Source: Kiritimatiellia bacterium (GTDB taxonomy: Bacteria > Verrucomicrobiota > Kiritimatiellia > RFP12 > UBA1067). Taken from it: a DNA stretch of 44,455 nt. The notes under the pieces were generated by a model that was not told where the DNA came from, made no database searches, and saw only the letters and a program-made list of their open reading frames with translations. The stretch covers positions 1 through 44,455 of the forward strand of contig JAFVZE010000350.1 in assembly GCA_017508315.1 (NCBI GenBank). Direction: 5' to 3'. Shown in pieces: positions 34,569 through 42,937 of this stretch. How positions within the stretch are numbered: the stretch's first letter is position 1; the number at the start of each line of letters is the position of its first letter. A program made the position numbers and the translations under genes.

Positions 34569-35099
34569 ATGAAAGTAGATCTGTCGCTGCAGTTTGAACA
34601 TGATCTGACGTTGCCGGTTCGTCCGGTTAAAGTGTTTACCGGCTCTGCCCTGCCGCTCGAACTTGTCGGAATTCCCGACCGGATCGGAGGCAGGGCCGTT
34701 GAGGGCGTGAGCGTAGGTATCGTCAACGCCGACGGTCGAAGCGTTCAGGCGCTCTGCGAACGTCGCTCTCTCGAGTGGACGGCGACGTTCGCGCCGTCGT
34801 GCTTCGAAACCTACGGCTACGTCCAGCGCGGCTTCAAGGTCTACGTCTCGCTCGGCGGCGACGAGGTGGTCGTCGGCGGAGATCTGGAAGTCGCGGCCGG
34901 TTCGCCGCAGGCGAGCGCCGGAAGCGCGCAAGGCTTCTATCAGCTTGCGGGCGGCGACGTCTACCGCAAGTCGACCGTGGTCGACGGCGTGCAGCACTTC
35001 GTCAAGGAGCAGATGGTCTACGACGGCGACATCGGCTGGGGTCTCGAATGGGTCGGCGATTTCGTCCAGGCCGCCGACGGAACTTTCAAGGAGGTCTAA
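34569..35099 (+). CDS. Tail-tip associated hypothetical protein
   Basis: 176-aa ORF with RBS AAAGGAGAGAAA. Confidence 0.4.
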   Translation: MKVDLSLQFEHDLTLPVRPVKVFTGSALPLELVGIPDRIGGRAVEGVSVGIVNADGRSVQALCERRSLEWTATFAPSCFETYGYVQRGFKVYVSLGGDEVVVGGDLEVAAGSPQASAGSAQGFYQLAGGDVYRKSTVVDGVQHFVKEQMVYDGDIGWGLEWVGDFVQAADGTFKEV

Positions 35100-35102
35100 A
35101 AA

Positions 35103-36521
35103 ATGCGCAGACTCGTTTTGGTTCTTTTTTCTCTCGCCGCCGCGCTCGAGCTCGGCGCGATCACCGCGACGAAGGAATACGTCGACAAGCAGGACGCTGC
35201 CCTTCGCGCGAATCTGTCCGGAGCGCGAAGCGTGCAGGATCTGAATGTTTATGGGGTGAAAGTCAGTCACGATCTTGACGACGCTGCACTTCCGATCACC
35301 TGGCAATACGGCGGCGCAACATACACCAACGCCATCATTGACGCTATCGTTGATGTGGGGGAGGGCGTCTTTCTTTCGTTCAGTGCCGAGGCATCCGGAA
35401 GCTTCGGCGGCGACAGCGTCAAGGTTTATTTCGACGAGGTTGGTGTTGCGTCATCCATTCAGATGAATCTTTCAGCAACCTATTTTTTCGGCGGCAAGCC
35501 TTACAAGGCGGGAGAGTGGCCGCGGCTAAAAACAACCGCCCAGCCTACCGGCGACACGCTCGCCACGTCCGGCGAGATCGGCGAGGTGACCGGCTATGCG
35601 CGGGCGGTCTACAATTACATGCTCGGCAACACCAACGCCTGGTTTTCCGGCACAAACTATCCGGACAAGGCGACCGCGCCGAACAAACACAGATTTCAGT
35701 TTGAGCCGGGGATGGACCTCTTGAGCGTCCCCTGCTCCATGGCACTCTGGGAGATTCGAGACGGCGTGCGCGGCGGCGTCTGGGATCAGCGTGACTGGGT
35801 GAGCTGGTTCTGGTCGTTCAAGGCTTCGCAGATGCGCAGCGAAATCGCGGCGACCAACGCCGCCATCATCGCCGCAATCCCGCGCAAGGCCTGGGGAACT
35901 TATACGGCGAGCGGTCTGGAGAATCCGGATCCGTCGACTGTCTGGGTGGACGCCGCGTCGACTACGCTCGCCGCCGGTTTCGCCTGGCAGACGGTCGCGA
36001 ACGTTTCGGGGTGTGCCTATTGGACAATCGTGGGAAACGGTGCTGTGATCGGCAACTCCGGAACGAACGCGGTTCTCGAGATCCGCGACTTTGAAGGCAA
36101 GGCGGTGATGCGCATTGTCAAGGGCGAAAACTATCTCGCCTACGTCGACAGTTCATCAATGACCGGTCAGGGCAGAGACGCACAAGGCCGCGTCACGTTC
36201 GATATGATGGCGAACGTCCAGCCCGTCGGCGAATATTCGACCGTTCCTGAGACGTCGAGCTTTGTCGAAGAATCCTCAAGCGGCTGTCCGGTCGACTACG
36301 AATGGGAGAATCTGGGCGACGGCAGGTGGCGAATCCATTTCATTTTGAAACCGGGCATCAATTCGGACGCTTGTTTCGCCCGCTTCAAGGTCGCCGTCCA
36401 GCGCGGTTCGACGATCGAATATACGACGGCGCCGACGATTTCCGGCGGTCTCATCTACAACGGCGTAAAAATCGCGCCGGTCATCAACGGCGACACGGTC
36501 ACTTGGAAGGTCATGAAATGA
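35103..36521 (+). CDS. Tail fiber/receptor-binding-like protein with a hydrophobic N-terminus
   Basis: 472 aa. The N-terminus MRRLVLVLFSLAAALELGAITATKEYVDKQDAAL contains the ATKEYVD motif I associate with phage fiber N-termini. The rest is beta-rich. Confidence 0.4.
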   Translation: MRRLVLVLFSLAAALELGAITATKEYVDKQDAALRANLSGARSVQDLNVYGVKVSHDLDDAALPITWQYGGATYTNAIIDAIVDVGEGVFLSFSAEASGSFGGDSVKVYFDEVGVASSIQMNLSATYFFGGKPYKAGEWPRLKTTAQPTGDTLATSGEIGEVTGYARAVYNYMLGNTNAWFSGTNYPDKATAPNKHRFQFEPGMDLLSVPCSMALWEIRDGVRGGVWDQRDWVSWFWSFKASQMRSEIAATNAAIIAAIPRKAWGTYTASGLENPDPSTVWVDAASTTLAAGFAWQTVANVSGCAYWTIVGNGAVIGNSGTNAVLEIRDFEGKAVMRIVKGENYLAYVDSSSMTGQGRDAQGRVTFDMMANVQPVGEYSTVPETSSFVEESSSGCPVDYEWENLGDGRWRIHFILKPGINSDACFARFKVAVQRGSTIEYTTAPTISGGLIYNGVKIAPVINGDTVTWKVMK

Positions 36522-37114
36522 TACCGACCGCGCCCATTCTCGTCTGTCTCGCGCTCGCGCTCCTGGGGCTGTTCATGATCCTCTCGGCGCCGGCTCTGCG
36601 GATGTTGCGGCGAGGCTGGTTCTTTTCTCTTGTTGTCGCCGGGCTCGCTTTCGGCGTCATCTCCGACCGCGTCGGCTTCCATATCATGACCGAGACCGGC
36701 ATTTATGACGCCGGGAGCTTCTTCGATTATTCTTCCAACACCGCGCATGTGCGCTGGGGTTATCAGCCCTACGTCAAGGGTTCGCGCTTCCGCTGGTTTT
36801 ACAAATACAAATACGGCAGCGACGAAATGGGCCCATACGAACTGCCGAGCTGTCCGGTTGAGGATTGCGCGGCGGATTTTAAGCTCGAAGTTCCGGAGGG
36901 TCAGGAATGGAAGTCGGTCATATTCATCGGCTATGCCGAATACGTCGCGCCGCCGGTGGTGACGACGAACGGCGTTTATCATCTGTCCGGAGTCATGCGC
37001 ACGATGGATGGTTCGCAGCGGTACGTGACGCCGCTTGTCGAGATTGTCGTCAATCTCGAAGACGGATCCACTCAAACACTTACACCAACAAACACTCCAG
37101 GAGGGAAAAAATGA
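36518..37114 (+). CDS. Two-TM membrane protein with a C-terminal soluble domain
   Basis: 198 aa from ATG 36518 (overlaps the previous stop): MIPTAPILVCLALALLGLFMILSAP..WFFSLVVAGLAFGVISD.. Confidence 0.45.
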   Translation: MIPTAPILVCLALALLGLFMILSAPALRMLRRGWFFSLVVAGLAFGVISDRVGFHIMTETGIYDAGSFFDYSSNTAHVRWGYQPYVKGSRFRWFYKYKYGSDEMGPYELPSCPVEDCAADFKLEVPEGQEWKSVIFIGYAEYVAPPVVTTNGVYHLSGVMRTMDGSQRYVTPLVEIVVNLEDGSTQTLTPTNTPGGKK

Positions 37115-37824
37115 AAAAAGGAATTCTGCTCGTTCTCGCGCTCGCGGCGCTCGTTGCGCCTGCTGCGCAATACTCAAAGCTCGCGCTCGTTATGGCGGCG
37201 AAGGCTTCTGGCAAGTGGGGCGACCTGAAGAGCTTCATCGCTTCTGCAGGTCTCGTCGACGAGTGGCAGGCGTGCGACTACCTCTCGGACGAATTTCCGC
37301 AGTTCGCGCAAATCACCAACGCGGTCGTCGTGTCCGGCCTTGCGACGGCGGCAGAAGTATCCGCGCTTCTGGAGGCGGCGCGGGATCCTGCCGTCTCCGA
37401 CGCGCTCATCGGCCGCGTCTATTCTTCGGACATGGCCAAGGCGGACGGGCGAGTGCGCTGGCACGGCAAGGTGGTCTCGACCGTCTTTGATACCAATAAG
37501 CTCGAAAAGGTCCAGACGCACGAAGATGGCTACGTCCACCGCCTACCCTTCGCGCTGTCGTCACCGGGATCGGTTGAAAGTCAGCTCTCGGCGGCGGAAC
37601 GTGCCGCTCTCGCCGAAAAGCGCCGCCGGGAAGCGGACGAACGTCGGGAGCGCAAACGCCAGGCGCGAATTGCCGAATTAGAGACGAATCTGACGTTCCA
37701 CGTCTCCGCGCTCATGAAATCGAAACGCTGGCCGGAAAGTCTCGCCCGGCTCTATCTGCAGCATGAGCTCAACACTCTCGTCGGAACCAATGTCGTCAAC
37801 GTCGTAATCGAGCCGCAAAAATGA
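37111..37824 (+). CDS. Secreted protein with a basic coiled-coil segment
   Basis: 237 aa from ATG 37111 (ATGA overlap). Signal peptide MKKGILLVLALAALVAPAAQ, then ..AEKRRREADERRERKRQARIAELE.. Confidence 0.45.
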   Translation: MKKGILLVLALAALVAPAAQYSKLALVMAAKASGKWGDLKSFIASAGLVDEWQACDYLSDEFPQFAQITNAVVVSGLATAAEVSALLEAARDPAVSDALIGRVYSSDMAKADGRVRWHGKVVSTVFDTNKLEKVQTHEDGYVHRLPFALSSPGSVESQLSAAERAALAEKRRREADERRERKRQARIAELETNLTFHVSALMKSKRWPESLARLYLQHELNTLVGTNVVNVVIEPQK

Positions 37825-38054
37825 GAGGCCATGAAAAAATCTACGCGAAGCTTGATAACATCGCCGAAAAGCTCGCCGGTGTCATCACCGCACTTGAGAT
37901 CCGCAAGGACGTTTTGGACGATCACGAGAAACGGCTGCGGGATCTGGAGGCGTTGCGCAACAAGGCGCTCGGCATTTTCGGCGCGATATCTGCCGCGCTC
38001 GGCAGTTTCGGGGCGCTCATTACCATCCTCATCAAAAAGGCGATCGCATCATGA
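37821..38054 (+). CDS. XhlA-like/holin-like small protein (N-terminal coiled coil plus C-terminal TM helix)
   Basis: 77 aa: ..HEKRLRDLEALRNKALGIFGAISAALGSFGALITILIKK. The architecture resembles PBSX XhlA-type lysis-associated proteins. Confidence 0.45.
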   Translation: MRGHEKIYAKLDNIAEKLAGVITALEIRKDVLDDHEKRLRDLEALRNKALGIFGAISAALGSFGALITILIKKAIAS

Positions 38055-38530
38055 AGGCTGAAGTAAGAAACGGAATCACCTTCTACGGTGAAATTCCGAT
38101 GCCGCAGGTGACACCGGCGGCGGTTAAAGGAACGTGGCGACTCCTGGATCCGTACAACGTCTCGGTCGCCTGCGGCGGGAAGCGCTATTCATTTTGGATT
38201 CAGGCGGGGTTCGAGTTCGACGGGGCATCGATTCCGCGCGGGCTGTGGCGGCTCTGCGGCCATCCGCTTGAGGCTCCGCGCATCGCCGCCGCGCTCGTTC
38301 ACGATTGGCTTTACCGCGCCCAGGTCCTTGATCGCGGCGTCGCCGACGAAATATTCAACGTTCTCTGCAAGGCGGTCGGCATGAGCGCCTGGCGCACGGG
38401 GCCTGAATGGGCGGCCTTGCGAGTCTGCGGCTGGGTCGCGTGGCGGGCGAATCGCGACTGGCCGAAGATCGCCGCTGCGCGTAGATTCGGCGTTTTGGAC
38501 ATCAAGGAGGATTTTAACAATGCAGTCTAA
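38051..38530 (+). CDS. DUF1353-family protein
   Basis: 159 aa. The motif QAGFEFDGASIPRGLWRL..P...AAALVHDWLY matches the DUF1353 pattern as I recall it (F.tDGaSiPr..W......p....AavlHDwLY). Confidence 0.6.
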   Translation: MKAEVRNGITFYGEIPMPQVTPAAVKGTWRLLDPYNVSVACGGKRYSFWIQAGFEFDGASIPRGLWRLCGHPLEAPRIAAALVHDWLYRAQVLDRGVADEIFNVLCKAVGMSAWRTGPEWAALRVCGWVAWRANRDWPKIAAARRFGVLDIKEDFNNAV

Positions 38531-38927
38531 AAATGAACCGCTTTCCCTTATCGAGCGCGTCGGCGCGGGTGTCGCTCTTCTCTGGATGATCTTAGGCGTT
38601 CTCGCCGTCGGCGTCGCCTTTTGCGGGTGTTCGTCGAAAACGCGCACGGTCGATGTCGGCGGAATGTTCACGCAGGCGGAGCTCGGAATGCTTGCCATCG
38701 GTTCGGTCGAGGTGATGTCCTCTCCGTCCGGCGAGGAGTCCGCGCTCATACGCTACGTCGAAGACTGTGCGCTCTTGAATTCATCGATGATGCTGCGCAA
38801 TCTGTCCATCCAGCTGACCGGGACCAACGCTGTTCAGGGCGCAGAAAAAATCGCCTCTGAAGTCTGTCGCGCAATTGTCGATTCGGCATTGCTCACGAAC
38901 CGCACGGCGGCTGTGGAGGTCAAGTGA
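38520..38927 (+). CDS. Membrane-anchored or lipoprotein-like protein (spanin-position)
   Basis: 135 aa with a hydrophobic segment VGAGVALLWMILGVLAVGVAFCGCSS that ends in Cys residues. Confidence 0.4.
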   Translation: MQSKNEPLSLIERVGAGVALLWMILGVLAVGVAFCGCSSKTRTVDVGGMFTQAELGMLAIGSVEVMSSPSGEESALIRYVEDCALLNSSMMLRNLSIQLTGTNAVQGAEKIASEVCRAIVDSALLTNRTAAVEVK

Positions 38928-40039
38928 TGGCCCGGCAGTATGTTCTTGGCGAGAATTCGGCGCGGAAGCTGCGCGAGATGTTCAACTCCGGCGGCGGCGG
39001 ATCCGTTCGCGGAGCTCCGGCGTCGCTCGCGTTCGAGGATGAGTTCGCTCATCCCTTCGAGGTGCGCTGGGCCGCGTCGGCGGGCGAAGGCGGCGGATGG
39101 ATCGTCTATCTTCCATCAAAGACGGCGCTCATCGATATCGGCGGGCATCTTTACGATCCGACCGAGTATCTCGAGGCGGTCGGCGGCGACTATCCGCCGG
39201 AGTGGTATCTTCTCGACGAGGAGGCGATGAGCCGCGAGAACGCGGGTAAGCTGTATCTCGTAGTCGGCGAGATCGAAGGCGTGGACTCGGCGAAGTTCTC
39301 CGCGAGTCCCGAGCTCGGCGGGGAGGACGTGAGCCGATACCTGATCTGCGAGGGCGAGGTCGACGCTTCGACCGGCGAGCGGAAGGTGCGGCAGTTCGTC
39401 TCGTCTGCGATCATCGTCGGCGGCGGCGGAGGCGGCGGAGGAGGCGGCGACGGTAAGGAATACTACGGCGACGTTCAGTCGATCTCGTTGAATTCCGGCG
39501 CCGATTCCGACAGCGGTTCGGAGACGGGCGACGTTTTTCAGCTGACCGGGTTCGGCAAGTTCAATCTTGAGGATCGCGGCGAAGGCGGCGCATTCCTCGA
39601 AAGCTCCGAGATGTTTGTCGGCGACACTCCCGACGATACTGTCGCTTTTGTGGTACGTGTCGGAAATTCGAAGGAAGTGAACGCGAATACGCTGCAGTAC
39701 AAAACTCTGCGCGTCGGCTCGAAAAGCGCGTTCCGTCTCGAAAGCGTCGGCGAGGGTTCGTGGCGGATCGTCGACTGCTACTACAACGTCGGCGGCATTC
39801 TCAATCTCGCGCCCGCATCGGCGCTTGATAAGGATTCGCTCTCGGCCGGATGTATCGCGGCGTTCTGCCTGCCGTCTCAGAATGTGAGGGTTTTTTCATC
39901 GCTTGCGGATCTGCGGGAAGCGCAGAAGAAAGCCGACGAATACATCGTCGCGCTCTACGTGTTCGACGCAGACGGTGCTGTCGCCGTCGATCTTCGGACC
40001 GCGCCGCAGGTCCAGTACTTCGAGGAGGGTTTGGTATGA
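38927..40039 (+). CDS. ORFan, 370 aa, with an internal Gly10 tract
   Basis: ATG 38927, or GTG 38924 overlapping the previous stop. I recognise no motif. GGGGGGGGGG is encoded at 39419-39448. Confidence 0.5.
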   Translation: MARQYVLGENSARKLREMFNSGGGGSVRGAPASLAFEDEFAHPFEVRWAASAGEGGGWIVYLPSKTALIDIGGHLYDPTEYLEAVGGDYPPEWYLLDEEAMSRENAGKLYLVVGEIEGVDSAKFSASPELGGEDVSRYLICEGEVDASTGERKVRQFVSSAIIVGGGGGGGGGGDGKEYYGDVQSISLNSGADSDSGSETGDVFQLTGFGKFNLEDRGEGGAFLESSEMFVGDTPDDTVAFVVRVGNSKEVNANTLQYKTLRVGSKSAFRLESVGEGSWRIVDCYYNVGGILNLAPASALDKDSLSAGCIAAFCLPSQNVRVFSSLADLREAQKKADEYIVALYVFDADGAVAVDLRTAPQVQYFEEGLV

Positions 40040-42396
40040 TTTCGCTGTTCGCGCTTGCGTTCGCCGCTATAACGCTCTCCTTCGACAAGTCGACGATCAA
40101 GTATCCCAACGCCGGGCGCGACTCGTTCGCGGCGGATTGGATCGCTGGCAACGGCGGCGACGTGAAGCGTATCGGTGCCGAGTCGCGGCTGGCCATGCTC
40201 GGCACTATCGACGCGACGATCAGCCGTCTGCTGTTTCCGACGCTCGGCAACTACGGTGGCGCGCGTAACGCGAATTCGTCCCGTCTGAGCTCCGCCGACT
40301 GGAACGAGCAGGTTTTGACGGAAAGTGAATATTTTTGGACGGAGCCGATGATGATCGACAGCGACGGCTGGCCTTATCGGCTGATGAATTTATCTCTTAA
40401 CGTCGACGGGGAGGTCACGCATTACGGGTATCGGTTCAACGTGGCCGAACGGCGGGATTTCTCGAAAGCGCAGCGGCGCATCGAGGAGATTAACGCGCTT
40501 ATCAACCGTTATGTTCTCGGGGAGGCGTACTACGATGATGAATATGATACGATCTTCGGAAACGGGCTGTGCGGCGAAGGCTTCTGGCTCGTTCCGGCCA
40601 ACGTCAAGGGAGCTGGTCTTGAGATTCCACTTTGCCAATGGACCGAGAAGTTCCGCGATTTCAATCCGTTCGCGGGCGATTATGCGCTTGCGATCGGCGA
40701 GTTATCCAAGCGCGGGCTGGGCGGTTCCTGGCGCGGCGCGATGATGGGGGCGCTTCACAGTTTCTATTATGACTTTTGGCATCAGGATTTCTGGAACTTC
40801 GCTCATGCGCTGAACGGTTCTCCGAACTGGGACGGTGTCGATCCACTCGATGTCATGAGCTTCGCGCTCGGGCCCGTTTATGCCGCAGGCGAGACCAACG
40901 AATCGATTCGGGCTGAGAAGCAGGTCAGCGTCGCCGATCTCCTGGCGGCTCATTCTGACGGGATTGATTTCACCTCGTTCACGAACCGTCCGACGAACCG
41001 GATCTGGAAAGAACGCATCGCCTTCGCGAACGCTTATCTCGCGGCCTGCCGGACCAAGGCGATTCCTCTGCCGCGAACGATGCCGGTCGTTTTTCACGCG
41101 GGAAGTAATACGCTCAGTTCCGTCGGGACGGTCTGGAAGAGTCCCTACCATCATTTCCAGCGCGAGGAATACAGCGGCAATCTGAGCGCGAAACTCCGGA
41201 TGACCATGGATCTCGGCGAGGGCGAATCGTTCGGCATCAACAGCGACGACGGGATGATTCCGCTCGACCTCGGTTCGTTCAAAACCGAATCGTTCACCGC
41301 GACGAACGACTACACGTGCTCAACGAACTGGGCGGAAAACCTGACGTGCGCTTGGACTGAGGAAGACGCGAAGATCACCGTCGGCGGAGACGTCTTGCAG
41401 CCGGTGCGGTTCTCCCAGTTCGGCGTCACGGCTGATGAGATTTATTCGCGGCACGGGTCGGAATGGACGACGCTCTTCCTGAGCTACAACGTATCTGCGG
41501 ACAATCCGTACAAGTCGGCGCTCGTCATGCGCGACGGAGATTATCAGGTCGGGCTGAGCGTCGGTCCGGAGGTCTCGACGAACTGGACCGGTTATATCGA
41601 TCTCGTCTACAACGGCAAGGTTCGCGGCGTCGAGTGTCTCGGTGTCGGCGAGGCGGTCGATGGGTATTACTTCGCCGGCGACAAAACGCAGGAGGAGCTT
41701 GCCGAATATTCTCTGGACAAGACGATCCTGCCGCCGCAGCTGAATCCTATCTCAGAAAGTCTCATCGGCGGCATCACGTTAAATTATGTCGACGTGCTGG
41801 GAATCTCGACGAACCGCGAAGATGTCGGCGGCGTGGCGGGCGGCGGGTTCTGGGTGGCGGGCGAGTGCTTTGATCGGGGCGATCCCGGCCAGCCGGACGT
41901 GTTCAAGCCGAAGGATACCTGGATTTATCTGCGCACGGCGAAGCTCGAACAGAAACTGGCGTCCAAGTCGGAGATGGACGCTTATATGGTGGCGATGTAT
42001 GACGAGGCGGTCGGACAGCTTCCGGTAGCATATGGACTTACTGCCGGTCTCGGCGACGTGTACCCGCCGAACAAGGCCGCGTCGCAGATCTCCGAGGGTG
42101 TTTTGCAGCGTGTTGCGCAGAAGATCATCTCCGGTCAGGGCGGCGTGAAGATGCAGCCGCAGGCGCCGTCAATCCTGACGCCGAATCTGCGCGTCAGGGC
42201 GACGAGCGAAGACAAGCTCGAGGTCGCTGACGGCGAGGATCAGGTCGTCGCGTCGTTTTCGTTCCGCATCGCGCTCACGAAATCGGCGAGCGGCGACGAC
42301 GCTCCGCTTCGCACGTCATGCGCTGTGGGGTTCTGGCGGCAGCCGCACGCGATTGTGGACTGGAACTTTCCGGCGATGGGATTCTCCGGCGAGTGA
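40036..42396 (+). CDS. ORFan, 786 aa, with a hydrophobic N-terminus
   Basis: ATG 40036 (ATGA overlap): MISLFALAFAAITLSF... It is Trp/Tyr/Asp/Gly-rich and looks beta-rich. I recognise no catalytic motif. It is the last gene before the operon terminator. The track start at 39850 is in-frame upstream read-through. Confidence 0.55.
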   Translation: MISLFALAFAAITLSFDKSTIKYPNAGRDSFAADWIAGNGGDVKRIGAESRLAMLGTIDATISRLLFPTLGNYGGARNANSSRLSSADWNEQVLTESEYFWTEPMMIDSDGWPYRLMNLSLNVDGEVTHYGYRFNVAERRDFSKAQRRIEEINALINRYVLGEAYYDDEYDTIFGNGLCGEGFWLVPANVKGAGLEIPLCQWTEKFRDFNPFAGDYALAIGELSKRGLGGSWRGAMMGALHSFYYDFWHQDFWNFAHALNGSPNWDGVDPLDVMSFALGPVYAAGETNESIRAEKQVSVADLLAAHSDGIDFTSFTNRPTNRIWKERIAFANAYLAACRTKAIPLPRTMPVVFHAGSNTLSSVGTVWKSPYHHFQREEYSGNLSAKLRMTMDLGEGESFGINSDDGMIPLDLGSFKTESFTATNDYTCSTNWAENLTCAWTEEDAKITVGGDVLQPVRFSQFGVTADEIYSRHGSEWTTLFLSYNVSADNPYKSALVMRDGDYQVGLSVGPEVSTNWTGYIDLVYNGKVRGVECLGVGEAVDGYYFAGDKTQEELAEYSLDKTILPPQLNPISESLIGGITLNYVDVLGISTNREDVGGVAGGGFWVAGECFDRGDPGQPDVFKPKDTWIYLRTAKLEQKLASKSEMDAYMVAMYDEAVGQLPVAYGLTAGLGDVYPPNKAASQISEGVLQRVAQKIISGQGGVKMQPQAPSILTPNLRVRATSEDKLEVADGEDQVVASFSFRIALTKSASGDDAPLRTSCAVGFWRQPHAIVDWNFPAMGFSGE

Positions 42397-42506
42397 TTTC
42401 CGGGCCGTGGCGGGGTCGCGTGGGCGGCGCGGCAGGTTCTTTCCCGCTGCGGTCAGTTCGGAATTTTGGCCGCTCCGGTTGACGGCGGTGTCGTTCCGAG
42501 CTCCAA

Positions 42507-42544
42507 GCGGCCGGTGGGTTTGAGCACCGGCCGCGCCTTTTTTT
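42507..42544 (+). terminator. Strong rho-independent terminator of the late operon
   Basis: GCGGCCGGTG-ggtttgag-CACCGGCCGC, a perfect 10-bp stem, followed by GCC-TTTTTTT. Confidence 0.85.
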
Positions 42545-42611
42545 CCCGCGCTCGTGGTTTTTTCGCCGCGAGCGCCGTTTCCCGCCGTCCGGACCGCCTG
42601 AAACATAACGG

Positions 42612-42659
42612 GCGGTATTTTGTGCGGTATTTTGTGTGGTGTTTTTGGTTTCTTTCGTT
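42612..42659. repeat. Candidate arm-type recombinase binding repeats next to attR
   Basis: GCGGTATTTTGT occurs twice in tandem (42612-42623, 42624-42635), followed by a degenerate third copy GTGGTGTTTTTG (42636-42647) and then GTTTCTTTCGTT (42648-42659). Both motif types recur at 12477-12518. Confidence 0.45.
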
Positions 42660-42670
42660 CCGCCTAAATA

Positions 42671-42698
42671 AAAAAAGCCCCTTATTTCTGGGGCTTTT
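42671..42698 (-). terminator. Bidirectional hairpin terminator abutting the tRNA 3' end
   Basis: AAAAAAGCCCC-ttatttct-GGGGCTTTTT. On the minus strand the hairpin is followed by a T6 run directly downstream of the tRNA CCA end. It lies on phage-derived DNA. Confidence 0.75.
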
Positions 42699-42744
42699 TG
42701 GTGCGACTGACTGGGATCGAACCAGCAACCTTCGGCTTCGGAGG
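42699..42744. repeat. attR: 46-bp repeat forming the 3' part (anticodon loop to CCA) of the intact tRNA-Arg
   Basis: Identical to 12380-12425. Confidence 0.92.
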
Positions 42745-42775
42745 CCAACGCTCTATCCAATTGAGCTACAGTCGC
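42699..42775 (-). tRNA. tRNA-Arg (anticodon CCG), 77 nt with encoded CCA
   Basis: Reverse complement: GCGACTG-TA-GCTC-AATTGGATA-GAGC-G-TTGGC-CTCCGAA-GCCGA-AGGTT-GCTGG-TTCGATC-CCAGT-CAGTCGC-A-CCA. All four stems pair and the anticodon loop CU-CCG-AA gives Arg. Confidence 0.92.
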
Positions 42776-42937
42776 ATCGACTCATTGGCGATATTCGGTT
42801 TTTTGTGTAATTTTCGTATAATCACAACAACCGAACACAACCAAAATGATTAAGCAGAGTATAGCATTTCAGCGGCGGAATAGTCAAATCCGTGTGTAAT
42901 CCACCCTTATCCCACTTTTTTTGAAAAAGCTGACTTG

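Larger units (their letters stand above)
12380..42744 (+). mobile_element. Integrated siphovirus-like temperate prophage (~30.4 kb) in tRNA-Arg(CCG)
   Basis: Bounded by 46-bp direct repeats. It contains an integrase, excisionase-like HTH, replication helicase, terminase, portal, protease, capsid, tail tube, G/GT chaperones, tape measure and a lysis-like block. Every gene is on the + strand. Confidence 0.92.

Noticed and set aside
18191-35306. Series of very long minus-strand ORFs inside the prophage (18191-19762, 19974-21347, 22642-24609, 25682-27421, 27228-28607, 28604-30151, 33648-35306)
   Set aside because: Each is exactly antisense to a + strand gene with recognisable motifs (ParB, MTase, terminase, portal, protease, capsid, tail). 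Their products are Arg/Gly/Asp/Leu-rich with no motifs. Long antisense ORFs are expected at this GC content.
35103-36521. Diversity-generating retroelement targeting the fiber-like gene
   Set aside because: No reverse transcriptase ORF and no template/variable repeat pair could be found in the window.
39419-39448. Gly10-encoding GGC/GGA tract as a slippage switch
   Set aside because: The codons are mixed (ggc/gga), so there is no perfect repeat unit. Length changes would be in frame. It is most likely just a flexible linker.
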